DNA of 63,904 nucleotides, filler included, from Folioceros fuciformis (Eukaryota), in assembly GCA_049999805.1 (NCBI GenBank). It is 6 parts of 6 records of this genome, joined end to end, with 100 filler letters (N's around TTAATTAATTAA, not from the genome) between each part and the next. Parts side by side here need not be neighbours in the genome. Positions count along the whole stretch, not along the records: positions 45,889 to 55,189 come from JBNGIO010004060.1; positions 55,290 to 62,670 come from JBNGIO010004064.1; 4 more parts are not named here. One strand, written 5' to 3'. The notes under the pieces are model-generated. The model made no database searches and was not told the origin of the DNA. It was given only the letters and a program-made list of their open reading frames with translations. Shown here piece after piece: positions 49,501-62,770 of the stretch (position 1 is the first letter of the stretch; the number at the start of each line of letters is the position of its first letter). The translations under genes and the position numbers were made by a program.

Positions 49501-52500
49501 TTGTGCTCTTGCAGGCAAACAATATCCCAGGTGACCTCCTCTTCTAACAAGTGCTTCAACCTCCTATATTTTGAAGCCGTCTTTGTCCATCCCCCCAAGC
49601 CCCTAACATTCCATGAAATGATTCGCAAATGTGTCCCCCTCTCATAATTTTTTAAGGTGTCCAAACGCATTTATTAGGCTTTGCTTGGGAGCTTCCGGAC
49701 CGTTGCAGGTTTAGGCATCCTAGCCCTAGACATGAGTCTAGACCGAGATAGCTGATTATTAGCTTTGAGTTCAAGGGACAAGCATTGAATCCGTTCAGAT
49801 TTACGAACGGCAGGTGCACACCTTCTGCCCTCAACGCTTGAGAGCCTCTCAGACTCTCCTACTGTCATGCCCGGAGTCCAGGACTTGTCATTCGCCCACG
49901 GCACTTCTAAGGTCCACCTCCATTCAGAAGTAAGTGGCAAAAGTGGTCCCCATGCCTGTTTGAGATGGATGTCAACAAAATATCTGTCATCCATTTGGTA
50001 AACACTGCTAAAAAACTCCACCTCCTTGCCTTCCTTACTCGCAAGAACCCCTTCGGATGACAAGGCGGCAAAAAAAATTTCCTGCCTTGAGTGCAACTGT
50101 TGCACTGAAATGATTATAGGAAGCAACTCTCCCTCGTCTCCTAACTTAGCCAGGTATGAGCAAGTGTTCTGAACCTTCCTCGTAACTGTAAGGTTGACTG
50201 CGAATTGCTTGCCCTTCCGCCGGGTGAGTTTTTCCAACGCCTGGCTACCCTGACCACTATTCACAGTAGGATTCTCCAGCCCTTGCTGGCAAAAACCTTG
50301 TTGCGCCATCTTGGCCTGGTCCCAGCTTCTTTCCCAGAAGCCTAGCAGAGAGGAGCAGCCTTCATCCCCAAAAAAGACAGCTCGGACTTCATGCCACACT
50401 GGTTCTCCGTCCTCATCATCCTCTGCACCAAGGGTGGAGAACAAGTCGTCGTCGGAAGCATACATAGCATTTTCACGCATGATGGGGCTACTTCCATCAA
50501 GAAAAAAACCTTTCCGGGCTCATTGAACTTTTTCCATCCGCCCTGGATCCCAGGCTCTCTGCAGTACTGCGGTTTCCACATTTGCTTAAGATCTCCATCG
50601 ACTCCCAAGTTGAGCCCTATCCGTGCATCCGCTTCCCACCCCTCAGCCCTTCTACCACTTTGATCTTCTTTCCATCCGGGGAAGTTATGTCCAGGGCCAT
50701 CTGTTGAACCACTCTGTTCAATGCTTTCCTGGCCTTGGCCACAGCGATCTGGTCCTACCCCTTAAGCCTTGATGTCGGATCCTTCGAGATACGGTTTCTC
50801 TTCCCCACAGACACCTCCGCGTTTGTGCTTGCCTGGTACCTGAGCAGATTCTATCGCTGTTGGCTCGGTAGTGGAAGCCTGGACCGAACTCTTATCCGGA
50901 ACCAGCCCAACAGCGGAACTAGACTCCCGTTCTTGCACCAAATCTCTAGGAGCCATTGCCAGCTCACGGTCAAGTGATGACGTCGGCGCGGAAGAGCCAA
51001 GTGAGTGTTGCCTGTGGAGAACCGAGAATAGCTTCCTCCCCACGCCCTCGCCGACCGCCCTTGATAGAACCCCAGGCCCTGGCCCCCGGCTCGAACCCGG
51101 TGGCGTCAACACCTCTGAAGCCTGCAGACAAATCCGCTGAGGAGTGTCCTCTGATGCTACTCCAATCCTGTTGTCCATTATGAAAGCAGCGCCAGTATTC
51201 GGCTCCTCCTCTTCCATGCTCCTATAAGCAGGTGATTGTTTGGACCCTCCCCCGCCGGCGTCTGTACACACTGCTTTAGTGTCTTCCTCCGTGGATGTGG
51301 TAGGGGGGTATCTGTCCTCAAAGTCCTCCCCTCCCTGGGAGGCTCCAGCCAGGATCCCCCTACCCTTGCAAAACTGTTGACATCCCTCCTCTGGACACCA
51401 TCCCAAGCCCTCCCCCACCGCCCTTTGAAGATCTCCAGACTCCAGCCCCTGGCGGAAAAACGAAGAAGGCAACACCCCCGCACCTTGAGGCCTGAGCTTC
51501 TGGGAAAAAGGTCCCCGTGGTGCACCAGTGGTGGTGCCAGCCTCTGCCTTACCTCTCATGACTGCCCACTGCTCCACCCTGATCCCAACGTCAAGGGAGC
51601 GTTTTGCCTCTCTAGCCACTCTTGTGTAGCACGCTCTGCACCTCCTAGGTTGTCACCTCCTCTCGACTCGTTGCCTCCCCTTGACCACCCACCGTGGTGA
51701 CTCTAATAACCAAAACTAGAGCAATTTTTGTGAGGCCGCCCAACTTGACGACCTCAATAACCGGATCTGGATCAGTTGTTGTGATCCTGGCTAGGAGGCC
51801 TCCAGTCACCGCTACCACCCCACCCTGACCAATCCCCTCTTGGGATGCTCTGTCCCTGAAGAACTATTTCGCACCCGGCACACCCTTCATCCCCAAGGCT
51901 TCACCACCTTCTACGCGAGAATCCTCCTGCTCTGGCTCCCAGCACGAGGGCGAAGGCGGCGCAACCTCCTTGCCTTGTATGCAAACACCGTGGGAGGGTA
52001 GCCCCGGCTTGGCTCCAGAAACATTTATAGTTCCTGAAACAACGCTCGAGCTCGCCCACACCTCCTTCTCCATGCCAAAAACCAGGAATCTTTTAATCCC
52101 TTTTACCATCGCTCCACCTACTAGCGACACGTCCTTCACCTCAAAACATGCCCTTTGCTCGCAAGCAGAGTCCACCGCTTGATCTCCCCCCATGGCGTCC
52201 CTGCAGACAGCTTCAGTAAGCTCATTCTGGAGCTTAGCGAAGAGATTGCCAGCCGAAGAGACCGCCTCTCCCTGCCAGCAACTTATCTGGAGTCCTTCGT
52301 CGATGGATACTAGCTGATCTGCCAACTCACCATGGCCAGAAAGATCACACCCTACAACACTCCCTACACAAATTTGTGTTTCTGACCTGGCTTGAACCTC
52401 CAGTGCAAATTCTCCTTGAGCTCTTACACTGTGATGTCCACAAGATACCGGATGCACTCCACCCTGATCCCAACCCGCCTTCAGAGCCCTGGAGGACGTG

Positions 52501-54300
52501 GCTTGCAGGCATTCCTTTACACTATCCACTGCGTCATCCTGTCCTTGCAGCAAGACCACAATCGTGCATGCATCAACACAGTTAGGAAGCGATGAGAGGC
52601 TCTCGGCCTCAGCGTTCGGACACACGGGCGGTTGCAGAGACTGCCTAGGTTGCTCTGGAGCCCTGGACCCAACTTCTAGCTAGACCGCCACCGTGGCCCA
52701 GTCTTTCCCTTGCTTTGCCCACCCGTCTCGTTCGGTGCCATAGGGAAGGCTTGGAGCCCGTGCCTGAACAGCTCTTTCCCAGTTTGGGGAGAAAAAACAC
52801 TGGAGAATTCCCCGGCTTGACACTCTCTAGAGACCTCTTGAGAGCCCCTTTGTAACCGCCAAGGCTGAAAGGTCTCCTACCTAACCACCCCTTCCTCACG
52901 GTTGGATCCACCTCCTGCATCTCTCAAGAAGCCAACCCATCCTCCTCCATTGCCGAAGGAAAACTAATACCTAGTCCCATCACCGTGGAGCCAGTTTGTC
53001 GAGTTTCCACAAGCTAGGCGATGGAACTCTCCAGGACAGAATTCCCTACACTACCCCCCACCTCCGTCGACCTCCCGGTGACTCCTTCCTGAGTCCCCTT
53101 TCCTTTTGCTAGCACACCGGCCAGTTGAAGGCTTTGCCCAACCTTGCTAGGCCAGGGGAGCAACACTACCCCCTAGACCTTCAGACTGATTAGGTTCTCC
53201 TTCGACTCCTAACCCTTGCTGACCGCCTGGGAAACTCCTGCCATTCAACGCATCCCCCTGGTGTGACCCCGAGATGCGCTTCTCCAGCCTAGCAGAGAAA
53301 CTTGTGAGCTTCCTTGCCTTGAGATTCTAGAAATCCCGTTTTAGCTCCCCCTGGAAGGCCGACCAAGTTGTCTGCCCCAGTCCTTGGCTCCCCGATGTGT
53401 GAGATTGTTTCAACGTACCCTGGAAGGCCACCTTATCAATTGCCTTAAGTATCCCATCCTTCTGTTGATCCCCTGAGGGTATAGCTCGGGATTCAGTCCC
53501 TGTCAGATTTGCTTCCTAGGGGACGGTTAAGGAATCCTGCTATGCTGCGGGGTTGTCCAATTGATGAGCACCTCCCCTTTGTTGAGACTCCCAGAGGGTA
53601 TCCCTGCCCTCTGATGGTCTGGCATCAAAGGGCAGGGACCTAAGTCTGGCCCACACTACCTAAGTCCACTATTAAAGTCCTCCTCCATAGGCACAGTATC
53701 CTCAACCACCATATCTTCTTCCCATCTAAGCTCCCAACTGCCTGGGAGTTTGATCGATATCGGGGCATTGAGCAACCCGAGAAAACCAAGATGCACCTTG
53801 AAGACCACTCTAGACACGAGCGTAACTCTACCTTTGTCAAATTTTGCATCCTTGATATAAGCTAGCAGCTAAGACTCTCCCATCCACTGCGAAACCTTGG
53901 AGTCTCGGATTCGGCATTCTTCCTTCAGCTCAATCAAGGTGTTGACAAAAACAACAGGGAGCTATCCTCCAGTTTGTGACACACCATACTATGCCGTGCT
54001 TCTTGTAAGACCATTCTCACAGCTTGCTCATCAAACCCCAGACCCGCCTGCAACATGCCCTTGACTTTTAGCTTGATTGTAGACCAGAGCACAGGGGGCT
54101 GAACCCCATTCGATCCCCCTACCTGGAATGAGCGCGTAAGTAAGGCTCTAAGTTCTCCCCCCTTCGGCATCCAGTAGAAGTATGTGTTATCCACTTTCCT
54201 CCTCAGAAGAACACAAAGCTTAGCCTGTGTACTGTGTATGCCCTCGCTCCCCGAGAAGAACTCTTCCTCAACTTTTTTCGCCCACAACTACGTTCCAGGG
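46563..54300 (-). mobile_element. Near full-length decayed L1/Tx1-like LINE (long ORF1 region plus APE-RT ORF2)
   Basis: ORF2 from 49670: IISWNVRGL, VCLQEHKL, AGDFN, SDHHPI, GHDGIPPEF, LDFYKAYD, HKYLGLPF. Upstream minus-strand ORF fragments run to about 54290; 5' boundary uncertain. Confidence 0.85.
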
Positions 54301-54350
54301 TTAGTCCTCGAGGACTTCGTCAAGGCACCTTTGAATCCAGGTAGGGGTCC

Positions 54351-55189
54351 TGAGAACAATGAGATTAGGGAGCGTAGCAACTCCCAGAGCGATTCTCGTG
54401 TGTATTTGCAATTGAATAAATAGAAGGTGTCTTTCTACATTAGCGTCCAGACTTAAATATTAATTATCTTGTCTACCTGACTTACTCTATAGGGTCGCAC
54501 CGTTTCGTCTGGGTTTACCCCATATATTAGCCTAAATATAATTAAGGGTGCTATATATGCTTTAACACCCCCTCTTAAACCATACACTAACGGCTCTAGA
54601 TTTAGGGCAAGTGCCGTCGTACTCAGAGTGACCTGGGCGCAGGGGAGGTGTCGCCTCATTCTGTGAACGCGGGGCTGAGCGTGCTCAGCAATGGATGGGA
54701 GCACTTGTGTGCCGTCTTGGATGATCCGGCCTGCGGGCGACTGTAGAGGAGGTTGTGGCTGGGGACTTGCGGCCATGTGGCGCCTGTGGTGTGCAGCTGG
54801 TACTGTAGAATGGCGCCAAGGCAGTGTGGTCTCTGTGCAGCTAGGGTTGTCTTGTAGGCATCTGGCTTTCGGAGCTTGTGGGTCGCGATCGTGAGGGCCG
54901 ACTTGAGGCGCGCAGCATTGTAGTGCCTGCGTGGGTGTGCTCAGGCTGTGAAGTAGTTCCTTCCCTCGTAGGCTTGTGGGCTACGGCTTGAGAGACCTTG
55001 TTGATGTATACTCGAGCTGACTGTGTCAGCGCTACGGCTTCGTCCAACTGGTAGGTGGGTGGTTGTGCTGGTGCTTTGCTTGTCCCCTGGCTTCTCATGA
55101 CCTGATGATGTTATTGTTTTGCAGCTAGCAGGTGCTAGGGTTGCGTTGCCTTGGCCGGTGAGAGGGCGGCGTGTGTGTTCAGTACGGGA
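54351..55189 (-). mobile_element. 3' LTR (about 54351-54567), PPT and 3' internal region of an LTR element
   Basis: TTTAAGAGGGGG-TGTTAAAG junction on the minus strand at 54560-54579; AT-rich LTR; left boundary approximate. Confidence 0.6.
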
Positions 55190-55473
55190 NNNNNNNNNNN
55201 NNNNNNNNNNNNNNNNNNNNNNNNNNNNNNNNNTTAATTAATTAANNNNNNNNNNNNNNNNNNNNNNNNNNNNNNNNNNNNNNNNNNNNCCCTTGTACAG
55301 CCGGCCTTGGAGCGCCATTACTGCTGCAGCCTTTCAAAGTCTTAGGAAATAATTAAAGGTTCCTAGCACGTATCCACAATCAATACTACTTGGTTCAGAC
55401 TTTATGAATTGTTATCCTACAATAGAAATCTGACCTACTGCCTCCTAGATTACCATGCCCATCTTCGTTGTGG

Positions 55474-57060
55474 TCATCTTGGCCTATGCTCCCTTGGAAT
55501 CCCTCTATCTCTTTGGCCCCGTCGCTGATCCGGGAGATCTTCCCATAATACCTCTACTTCGCTCCCACCGTCCACCACTCTTTCCTCTCTCATGGGGCTT
55601 CTCCTTGGCTCCTCATCACTAGACAACCACACTGTGTGGCCTTCCACCCAAGTCCGCACCTCCTCCTTGGTCATCTCTTGCAGTCTCACCTATGAAGGGT
55701 ACGCCCCAGCACCCATTCGCAAGAACCAGTGGTAACAGCCCGTGGCTGTTAAAAAGTGCAGTAAGTAGTCCCTGCCCCCTCCTATTCCAACCACCACATA
55801 CACATTTAGAGTGAGCACCCACTCACCATGCAATCGGAAGCCAGGGACATGGGTATCTTCATCCCTACGTCGCAGCACAATGGGGCCCCCTATTGGAGAG
55901 GTCTTTACCCACTCCTCCCATTGACAGTCCTGGGTGGCTGCCTCCTGCATTCCAAGGGTGTTGCCTGCTCCTCTGCCATAGGTTTGTCGATAGCCGATTC
56001 CACTACCCCTGTTCCTCCTTCTGCCATGATTGCTAGTTCAGCCACTCTGGTTCCATGTTCGGCAACCGTGGTTGGCTCCACCATGGTTGCGGCTTCAACC
56101 ACTACGATAGTGGAACCTTTCCCTTTCTTTGACTTCCCTACCTCACTCCTGACCTTGGCTCTTGCCTCATTCCGTTCCCTCTTGTACCTCTCGACTAACC
56201 TTTTGAATTTCTCCACGGTTGCCATTGGCTCCTGAGTCCGGGAGATTTTGTTCTGGAGCTCTTCAATTGTGGCATGGGCCGTTTGCACTTGATTTACCAG
56301 GGCTTCCTGTTGATTCGTCAGTACCTTCAATTCCTCATGTGCCTTGCCCAACAGCTCGTCACTCGCCTGCCCTCAATCCTTCGCTACCTTATTCCTTCCC
56401 TCGACCTCCTCCAACTTTTCCTTCACCACCTGCTCCTGCTGTCCCTGCATGCTAAGCCATGTGAGCGCCACGACAACCTAATTGAGCAGATCCACCTAGG
56501 TCTAGGCCATGGCTGAGGCCAGCCCTTGCAAATCACCGATTGGCATTGCTCCTGTCACCATTCTTCTCCAAAGCCACTCGTTCACTTGGGCCACGTCCTC
56601 CGCTTCCACCCCTATTGGTTGATTCAAGGGAGTGGCCCCAAAGATGGCCTCCCACCCCTCAGAATTCCCCTCCACCTGCTCTAACCCTCATACCCCAGCT
56701 ATGGTCTCCTTAATCCCCCGCCCATCATCTTTCAGGGCCGTGGCGGGGGTAGCCTGCCCTTTCCCCTTTTCTAGCCCCTCTTGCGATTTTGTGGCGAACA
56801 TAGACCTGGTGATATGGGTCGGGGTCGCCGCCTCCTGTTCGCCAGTTAGGATCTTCCCTTTCTTAGCCACCTCTCGCTTTATCACCTAGATGTTCCGCTT
56901 CAAGACTTTCGTGGTTTCCTCCTCCGAGTCTCCGGGGGACTCAGGCTCCCAGCTACTGGAGTCTTCCCCTAAGGTTTCCTTTGCCTCTTCCTCCTCCACC
57001 TAAACTTTTCTAACTGGTTTCCAGTTGTGAAGGGAGGACACAATTTCTAGCTCGATTAAA
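55474..57060 (-). pseudogene. Athila-like extra ORF, copy 2 (coiled coil plus conserved C-terminal domain)
   Basis: ALTWLSM, heptad-rich 55905-56351, VVVGIGGGRDYLLHFLT, SEVEVLWEDLPDQRR. Confidence 0.7.
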
Positions 57061-57400
57061 CACTTGGAGTGCATAAAAACGTGGATCAGAAAAGGTGAGA
57101 TGAGGGAGGGGTGCGAGGAGATAGCCAGCAAATTTTCTCTCTCCTCATAGGCTCAATCAAAACTGATTCTACTCCAGTCCACCTGTCTTCCCCTCGGACT
57201 ACCTCATGGAGAACAACCATGAAGTGATCTGCCATATGATCTAGCTGTTTGCTCCAGAGAAAGCACAGGATCCACTTAGCTAGCCCAACCAATTGCGCCA
57301 AGACCAACTGCCTAACCACCCACCCATTGTTAACCCTCACCTCCTCAGGCTTCATGAGTGCTGTTGTTGCCTCCCCTAGGCCATTTTTCCTCTTGAGGTC

Positions 57401-58407
57401 TATGGAGTGAAATCTTGTGTCCGGAGACACTATGAGGTCCACATTCACCCTTTATGTGGTTGTAGTCATATGATTTGCTGCCAAGGGAATGATTTGTACG
57501 AAGGAACGCTAACTTCTATCTCTACTGACCCTTACCTAAGTCAAGGCTCACCTACTACCGTCCCTACTACCTACCAACTCAACTACTACTACCCCCAGTT
57601 AGCTCAACTACCACGGACCCTACTCTACAACTCCGATTCGCACTCCACGACTACGGTCACTATTTCCACAACCATGGTGGGACCCACCCAAAACCCTAAC
57701 TAATATTTTCCCGGCACACATGCCGCCACGGGTTTCTACCACAGGTTTTTGCCTAGGGGCTTCTAGTCTCACAAATCTGGTCTTATTGGATGCACAAACG
57801 CTTATAAATCTCTCAGAAATCTTCCATAAATCATCTCTAATCTCCAACAATCTTTCACAATCTTTCAGCAATCCTCTTCAGTTAGTTGTAGTTAGTTCTT
57901 CTCCTTCACTCTCAATCTTCTGCCTCTCACCTCGCATCGCGTTCAGTGATCAACCACACTTCTCCTCTCTTGCCTCACATCTCGGATCACGTTCATTTCT
58001 TGGCCACTCTTCTCTCCCTCTCTTCTCAGCTCACTCACACCTTCTCTTCACACACATCTCCAATCTTCGTCTTCACACACACTTCCACACTCAGAATTTC
58101 AAAACACAGCCAGCAATTCAGGGAATAAGGGAAGGGGAAGCTTTTGGACGACACAGCAGCATTACGAGCAAGCTCCAGACCCGCCTTGCGCCAATCCTTC
58201 AGCTCTTCTCCTGTTGTCAGCAAAACTTGCTCATTCGTCCCCCTCACCACCAGCCGCAGAGCAACGCTCTCGACCACCCCTAGNNNNNNNNNNACCAGCC
58301 GCAGAGCAACGCTCTCGACCACCCCTAGGAGCTTCTCGCACACACTACCCACCCAAGCAACATGGGGATCTCAACTGGGAAGTTGTCTAATTAGAGAGGC
58401 ACCAACA
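57401..58407 (-). mobile_element. Athila-like 3' LTR (about 1 kb, contains a gap)
   Basis: TATGGAGTGA (mutated TGTGG) matches the reverse complement of 479-488; the other end GGCACCAACA-AGCCTCTT matches 13662-13680. Confidence 0.65.
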
Positions 58408-58541
58408 AGCCTCTTTATACAAACTTTGCAGAGCGAGTGTCACAGCCCGCCATAAAGTCTGGTTCTAAAAACAGTCAACTTGAAAGGTGCCCTTAATTAC
58501 GGGCGGCATCAGGTCTAGGATAGCATCTTGCCAAATCTTAT

Positions 58542-60150
58542 CTAAATTTTATTTTTAAGATGCAATAACTCATGGCCTACCTTAGCTCCGCGCCCTCCTC
58601 CTATCTGTTCTTCTGGCCCTCCTTCCTCTGCTACCAAATTCTCGTGCTCTCCTTCCACTGCTACCAAATCCCCGGGCTCTCCTTCCACTGCTACCAAATC
58701 CCCGGGCTCTCCTTCCACTGCTACCAAATCCCCGGGCTCTCCTTCCACACTATTGATCAAGCAAATCCTCCCATAAAATCTCCACCTCACTCCCGCTACT
58801 AGCTGACCTATCCTAGCATGGGCATAGGTGGAGCCCGGCAAGAAGATCTCTCCTCTTCCATTGGCCTCTTGTTGCTAAGGACCAGCACAGGTTCTTCCTC
58901 CACCCAAGCCTGTGCCTCCTCTTCCTTGAGCTCCTTCAATATTTCCTCCGCATAACAGGGGGTTAATCCCCATACCCAGAGACAATCGAAGAAACATTCA
59001 TTCCGGGTCCTCACTTGCAAACGGTAGGCCCTGGTCTCTCCTATTCCCACACGCACATGGACAATAAGGTTACGTACATGATCTCCATTTACATATAGAC
59101 TAGGAATATAAGACTCTTCATCCATGTGCCTTAATATAATCTGGCCCCCTGTTGCAAATGAGGTGCTTACCCCCTCCTCCCATGGGCTACCCCTAATTAT
59201 TACTCTCTGCCCACCAAGGATGCTAGAGTGCCTCCCGTCGCTTTGTCTGCACTTGTCTCTAGTCCAGTCCTCTTCGTGCGGGTAGGGGTTTCAGCAACCC
59301 TGGTTGCTTGTTCCACGATTATCACTACTCCCCCAACCACGGTAGGACTTCCCACTACTAGCGTCATCTCTCCCCTACCGGTAGGCTTTCGCTACCTCGG
59401 TCGTGGACCTGCTGCTCCGTTTGACCTTGCCCTTTCCCTTGACTCAGCTCCAGGCCTCATCCTGTTCTCGTTTGTAACAGTTTGCTAACTTCTGGACCTT
59501 CTCCACAGCGGCCACTTCATGCTCCTATGCCCACAACAACTCCCGTTGCATTTCCTGATTTGCTTCATGCACCTCCTTGACTTGGGTCAGGAGCAGTTCC
59601 TGCTAATTCTTCATGGCTTGCACCTCTTCCCGTGCCTTGCGCAATTCTTCCTGCACTTGAGATGCCACTTCCCCAAGGGCCTATTGGGCTTCTTCCAGTT
59701 GTTTCCGTCTTGCTTCCTCTTTAGCCAGTTTGGCCTGTGCCACCTCATCTCGTTGTCTGTGCATACTCAACCAAGTGAGGGCCAGTGCGGCCTGATCCAG
59801 CATGTCCACCTGTGCCCAGACCATGGCCGCTGCCAACCCTGGAAGATCCACTTGCTGAGGAAGGGCTCCATCGCTAGCCATCCCTCTGTCCAGTATTCCC
59901 TTCCCTAGCAAGGTGCGCACTCTAGCTAGCTCTTTCGCCTCCAAGTTCTCCGCCAAGGAAGTGCCCTTAAAGACTTCTTCCCATCCAGGGAAGAAGTCCA
60001 CCGTCGGGGTCAACCCTAATTTTTCCGAAACTCTTGCAACCACATCAACGGGCTTCTCTTCCACCGACGGTGCCTCTTCAACTGATTCTGCGAATGGGGT
60101 GCCCTATTGCTTGGTCCCCATCTTCTTGGCCGTCTCCTACAACGCAAGAT
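58542..60150 (-). pseudogene. Athila-like extra ORF, copy 3
   Basis: AALALTWLSM, coiled coil, HVRVGIGETRAYRLQVRT, WVEEEPVLVLSN, SEVEILWEDLLDQ. Confidence 0.7.
58621..58748. repeat. 30-bp minisatellite, about 4.3 copies
   Basis: CCTTCCACTGCTACCAAATCCCCGGGCTCT: three identical units, one variant and a partial unit. Confidence 0.92.
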
Positions 60151-61625
60151 TCATTTGAAAAAGACCAAGGCACTTTGGTGTTCACTAAGATAATTGAGCC
60201 AATTTGCATGGAAGTGTACACAACCCAACTTTGACAACAACATCATAATAATGTTGAGTGTTACCATTGTCACAAAAAGGGTCACATCAAAAGGGACTGC
60301 GAGAAGTTCAAGAAGGACAAAGGAAAGGAGAAGAAGCAGAGCGACAACAAGGCAAGTCCGAGTATCAAGCCTGAAAAGGTGAATTCTGTCGATGATGGAG
60401 ATGTGTTATCTCTTCTTCCTTCGATTCTGCACAATTGACAGCCGTGGATAGTCACTTATTCTTTAATTGGATAATTAACTTTGGAGCATCTTTCCATGTT
60501 ACTCCGCATAGGGAGTGGTTTAGCACCTATGATGGTACTAGGAAAGGATGTGTTCGGCTTGGAAATAACTACGCATGCGAGATTACAGGCGTTGGTATGT
60601 GCAGTTGAAGTTCGACAACAGATCTTCATTATACTGAAGGATGTTCGACATGTTCCGAAGTTGACAAAAAGCATGATTGGCGCAAGGCAGTTGGATGACG
60701 CTGGCTACCACTGTTGGTTTGGGGATAATTCTTGGAAGATCTCCAAAGGTTCTCTTGTGCTAGCTCGTGGATCAAAGTGTGGCACTTTGTACTCACTTCA
60801 GGTAACGACTGTTAAGGATCATGTGATTTGTGTAATGGAACAACCAAGTGTTTCCTTGTAGCATTGTCGCTTAGGACATATGTCTCAAAAAAGAATGAAA
60901 ATCTTATCTCGTTTTGGTTACGTCCCTGGTTTTGACTTCTCCGATTTCTCTGTGTGTGAGCACTGTTTGTATAGGAAACAGACGAATTCACCACATGGAG
61001 CAAGAGGTAAACACAAAAGTAAACCTCTTGAATTGGTTCACAGTGACGTTTGTGGACCTATGCCCACTGTATCATTAGGCGGTGCATCCTATTGTGTCAC
61101 TTTCATAAATGATTTCTCACGCAAGGTGTGGGTTTATCCTTTAAGGATAAAGGATGATGTTCTGACAGTGTTTTAGAAAATTGTCATCCTTATGGAGAAT
61201 CAGTCCGGCCTCCGATTCAAGTATTGAGGACAAACAATGGGGGAGAGTACATTTCGAAGGCTTTCCAATCATTCTATGATTCCAAGGGAATCAAGAGAGA
61301 ATTGAGTGCCCCAGAATTGACTACTCCTCTCCAGAATGGTGTGGCTGAACGGATGAATAGAACCATCCAGGAGAGGATGCATAGTTTGTTGTCAAACTCT
61401 GGATTGCCTAACGGATTTTGGGCGAAAGTAGTGTCTATTGCGGTGCATCTTATTAACAGATTTCCTAATAAGGCTATGGATGAGCAAGTTCCATAGGAGA
61501 TGTGGTCTGGAAAGAAGCCATCATACAAGCATCTACGAGTGTTTGGCTGCGAGGCATATTGCCATGTTCCAAAGGAGTTTCGGGACAAGTTGGCACCCAA
61601 GTCCAAGAAATGTATTTTTTCTTGG
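60150..61625 (+). mobile_element. Copia gag-protease-integrase fragment
   Basis: CYHCHKKGHIKRDC knuckle, WIINFGASFH (decayed protease site), HCRLGHMS, LVHSDVCGP, NGVAERMNRT. Confidence 0.9.
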
Positions 61626-62670
61626 TGTGGCAACAAACCCCAGGCACCGATTGCCAACGGGTTCCACCTTTAGGGGCCACACTTATCCCACTGTCGTTGA
61701 GACATTGGGTTTCGTTCCCACGAAGGAGCGATGGGGTTCCTCGCTACTATGGATGGAGGGTTGGACTCAATCGACTTGATGACGAATTTGAGGGCTTCCC
61801 TCCAGCTCCAATCAGGCGTGGGACACGCCTCGCTGTCTAGCGGTCAACTGCACCTCTCTTGGTGCCCACAAACTCACTCCAGTCACTACAACGACCCTAG
61901 CTTCTCAGGTCTGCGACCTCCCTCACTCACTTCACTCACTCTCTCGCTCCAGCACCAACACCAGCAACCAATAACGACACCACTACCTTTTACACTTCCC
62001 TACTAACTCCCCCTACCCGGCAAGAGTCACTAGCCTAACCCCAAAGAAGAGAAAGAGGGAAACACACTCCCCTCTTGGATACCTCCTCCCCACAACATTA
62101 CCAGACGCCATGAAGCATGGTCGGCCTACAGCACTTGTCCAATCAGGGAACAAGAGTGAACAGGTCGAGAGAAAGACACATCCTTTACAATCAAGAGCTA
62201 GGGGCAAGCCCCTTCACCCTAGTCATTAAACCTCATGATCCTACTGACATTGTACTAAGCCTTCCTCTACAACTATTCCCCCTTGGTGGTTGAACCGGCT
62301 TCTAGGAGAGGAGTATGAGCAGTAGGAAAGGTAGAGAAGAGGTGGGAAGGGCTGGGATCAGCAACTGGAACCTAGCCTGAAAATGGCAGGTTATTCAGTA
62401 GAATCAGCTTCCAGTCAAAGTGGTTCCTTGGCCATGGAAGACTGACCCCGGGGTGTTGGAATAGGCCCCGAACTAGGAGGAAAAGAAAGCAGGTGAAACA
62501 GAGTTGAGTTGGAATTTCTGGAATTAAATCAAGAAAAATAGGGGTGAAAATAGAAAAGGGAAAATTAAGAAAATAAAAAGAAAGAAATATGGGAATACAT
62601 ATACGGTATACATATTAATACGTATCTAACCTGTATAAAATACAAGGAGTGGGGGCGTGTGTACGTATAC
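61626..62670 (-). mobile_element. Athila-like LTR terminus and adjacent sequence inserted into the Copia integrase
   Basis: TGTGG at the exact break in integrase; GGGGCCACACTT shared with the reverse complement of 441-452. Right boundary unknown. Confidence 0.55.
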
Positions 62671-62770
62671 NNNNNNNNNNNNNNNNNNNNNNNNNNNNNN
62701 NNNNNNNNNNNNNNTTAATTAATTAANNNNNNNNNNNNNNNNNNNNNNNNNNNNNNNNNNNNNNNNNNNN

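Noticed and set aside
58249-58328. 35-bp direct repeat
   Set aside because: Copies sit on either side of a 10-N gap; likely scaffolding artefact.
58621-58748. CRISPR-like array (also considered for 21277-21354 and 18892-18956)
   Set aside because: Head-to-tail repeats without unique spacers, no cas genes, eukaryotic context.
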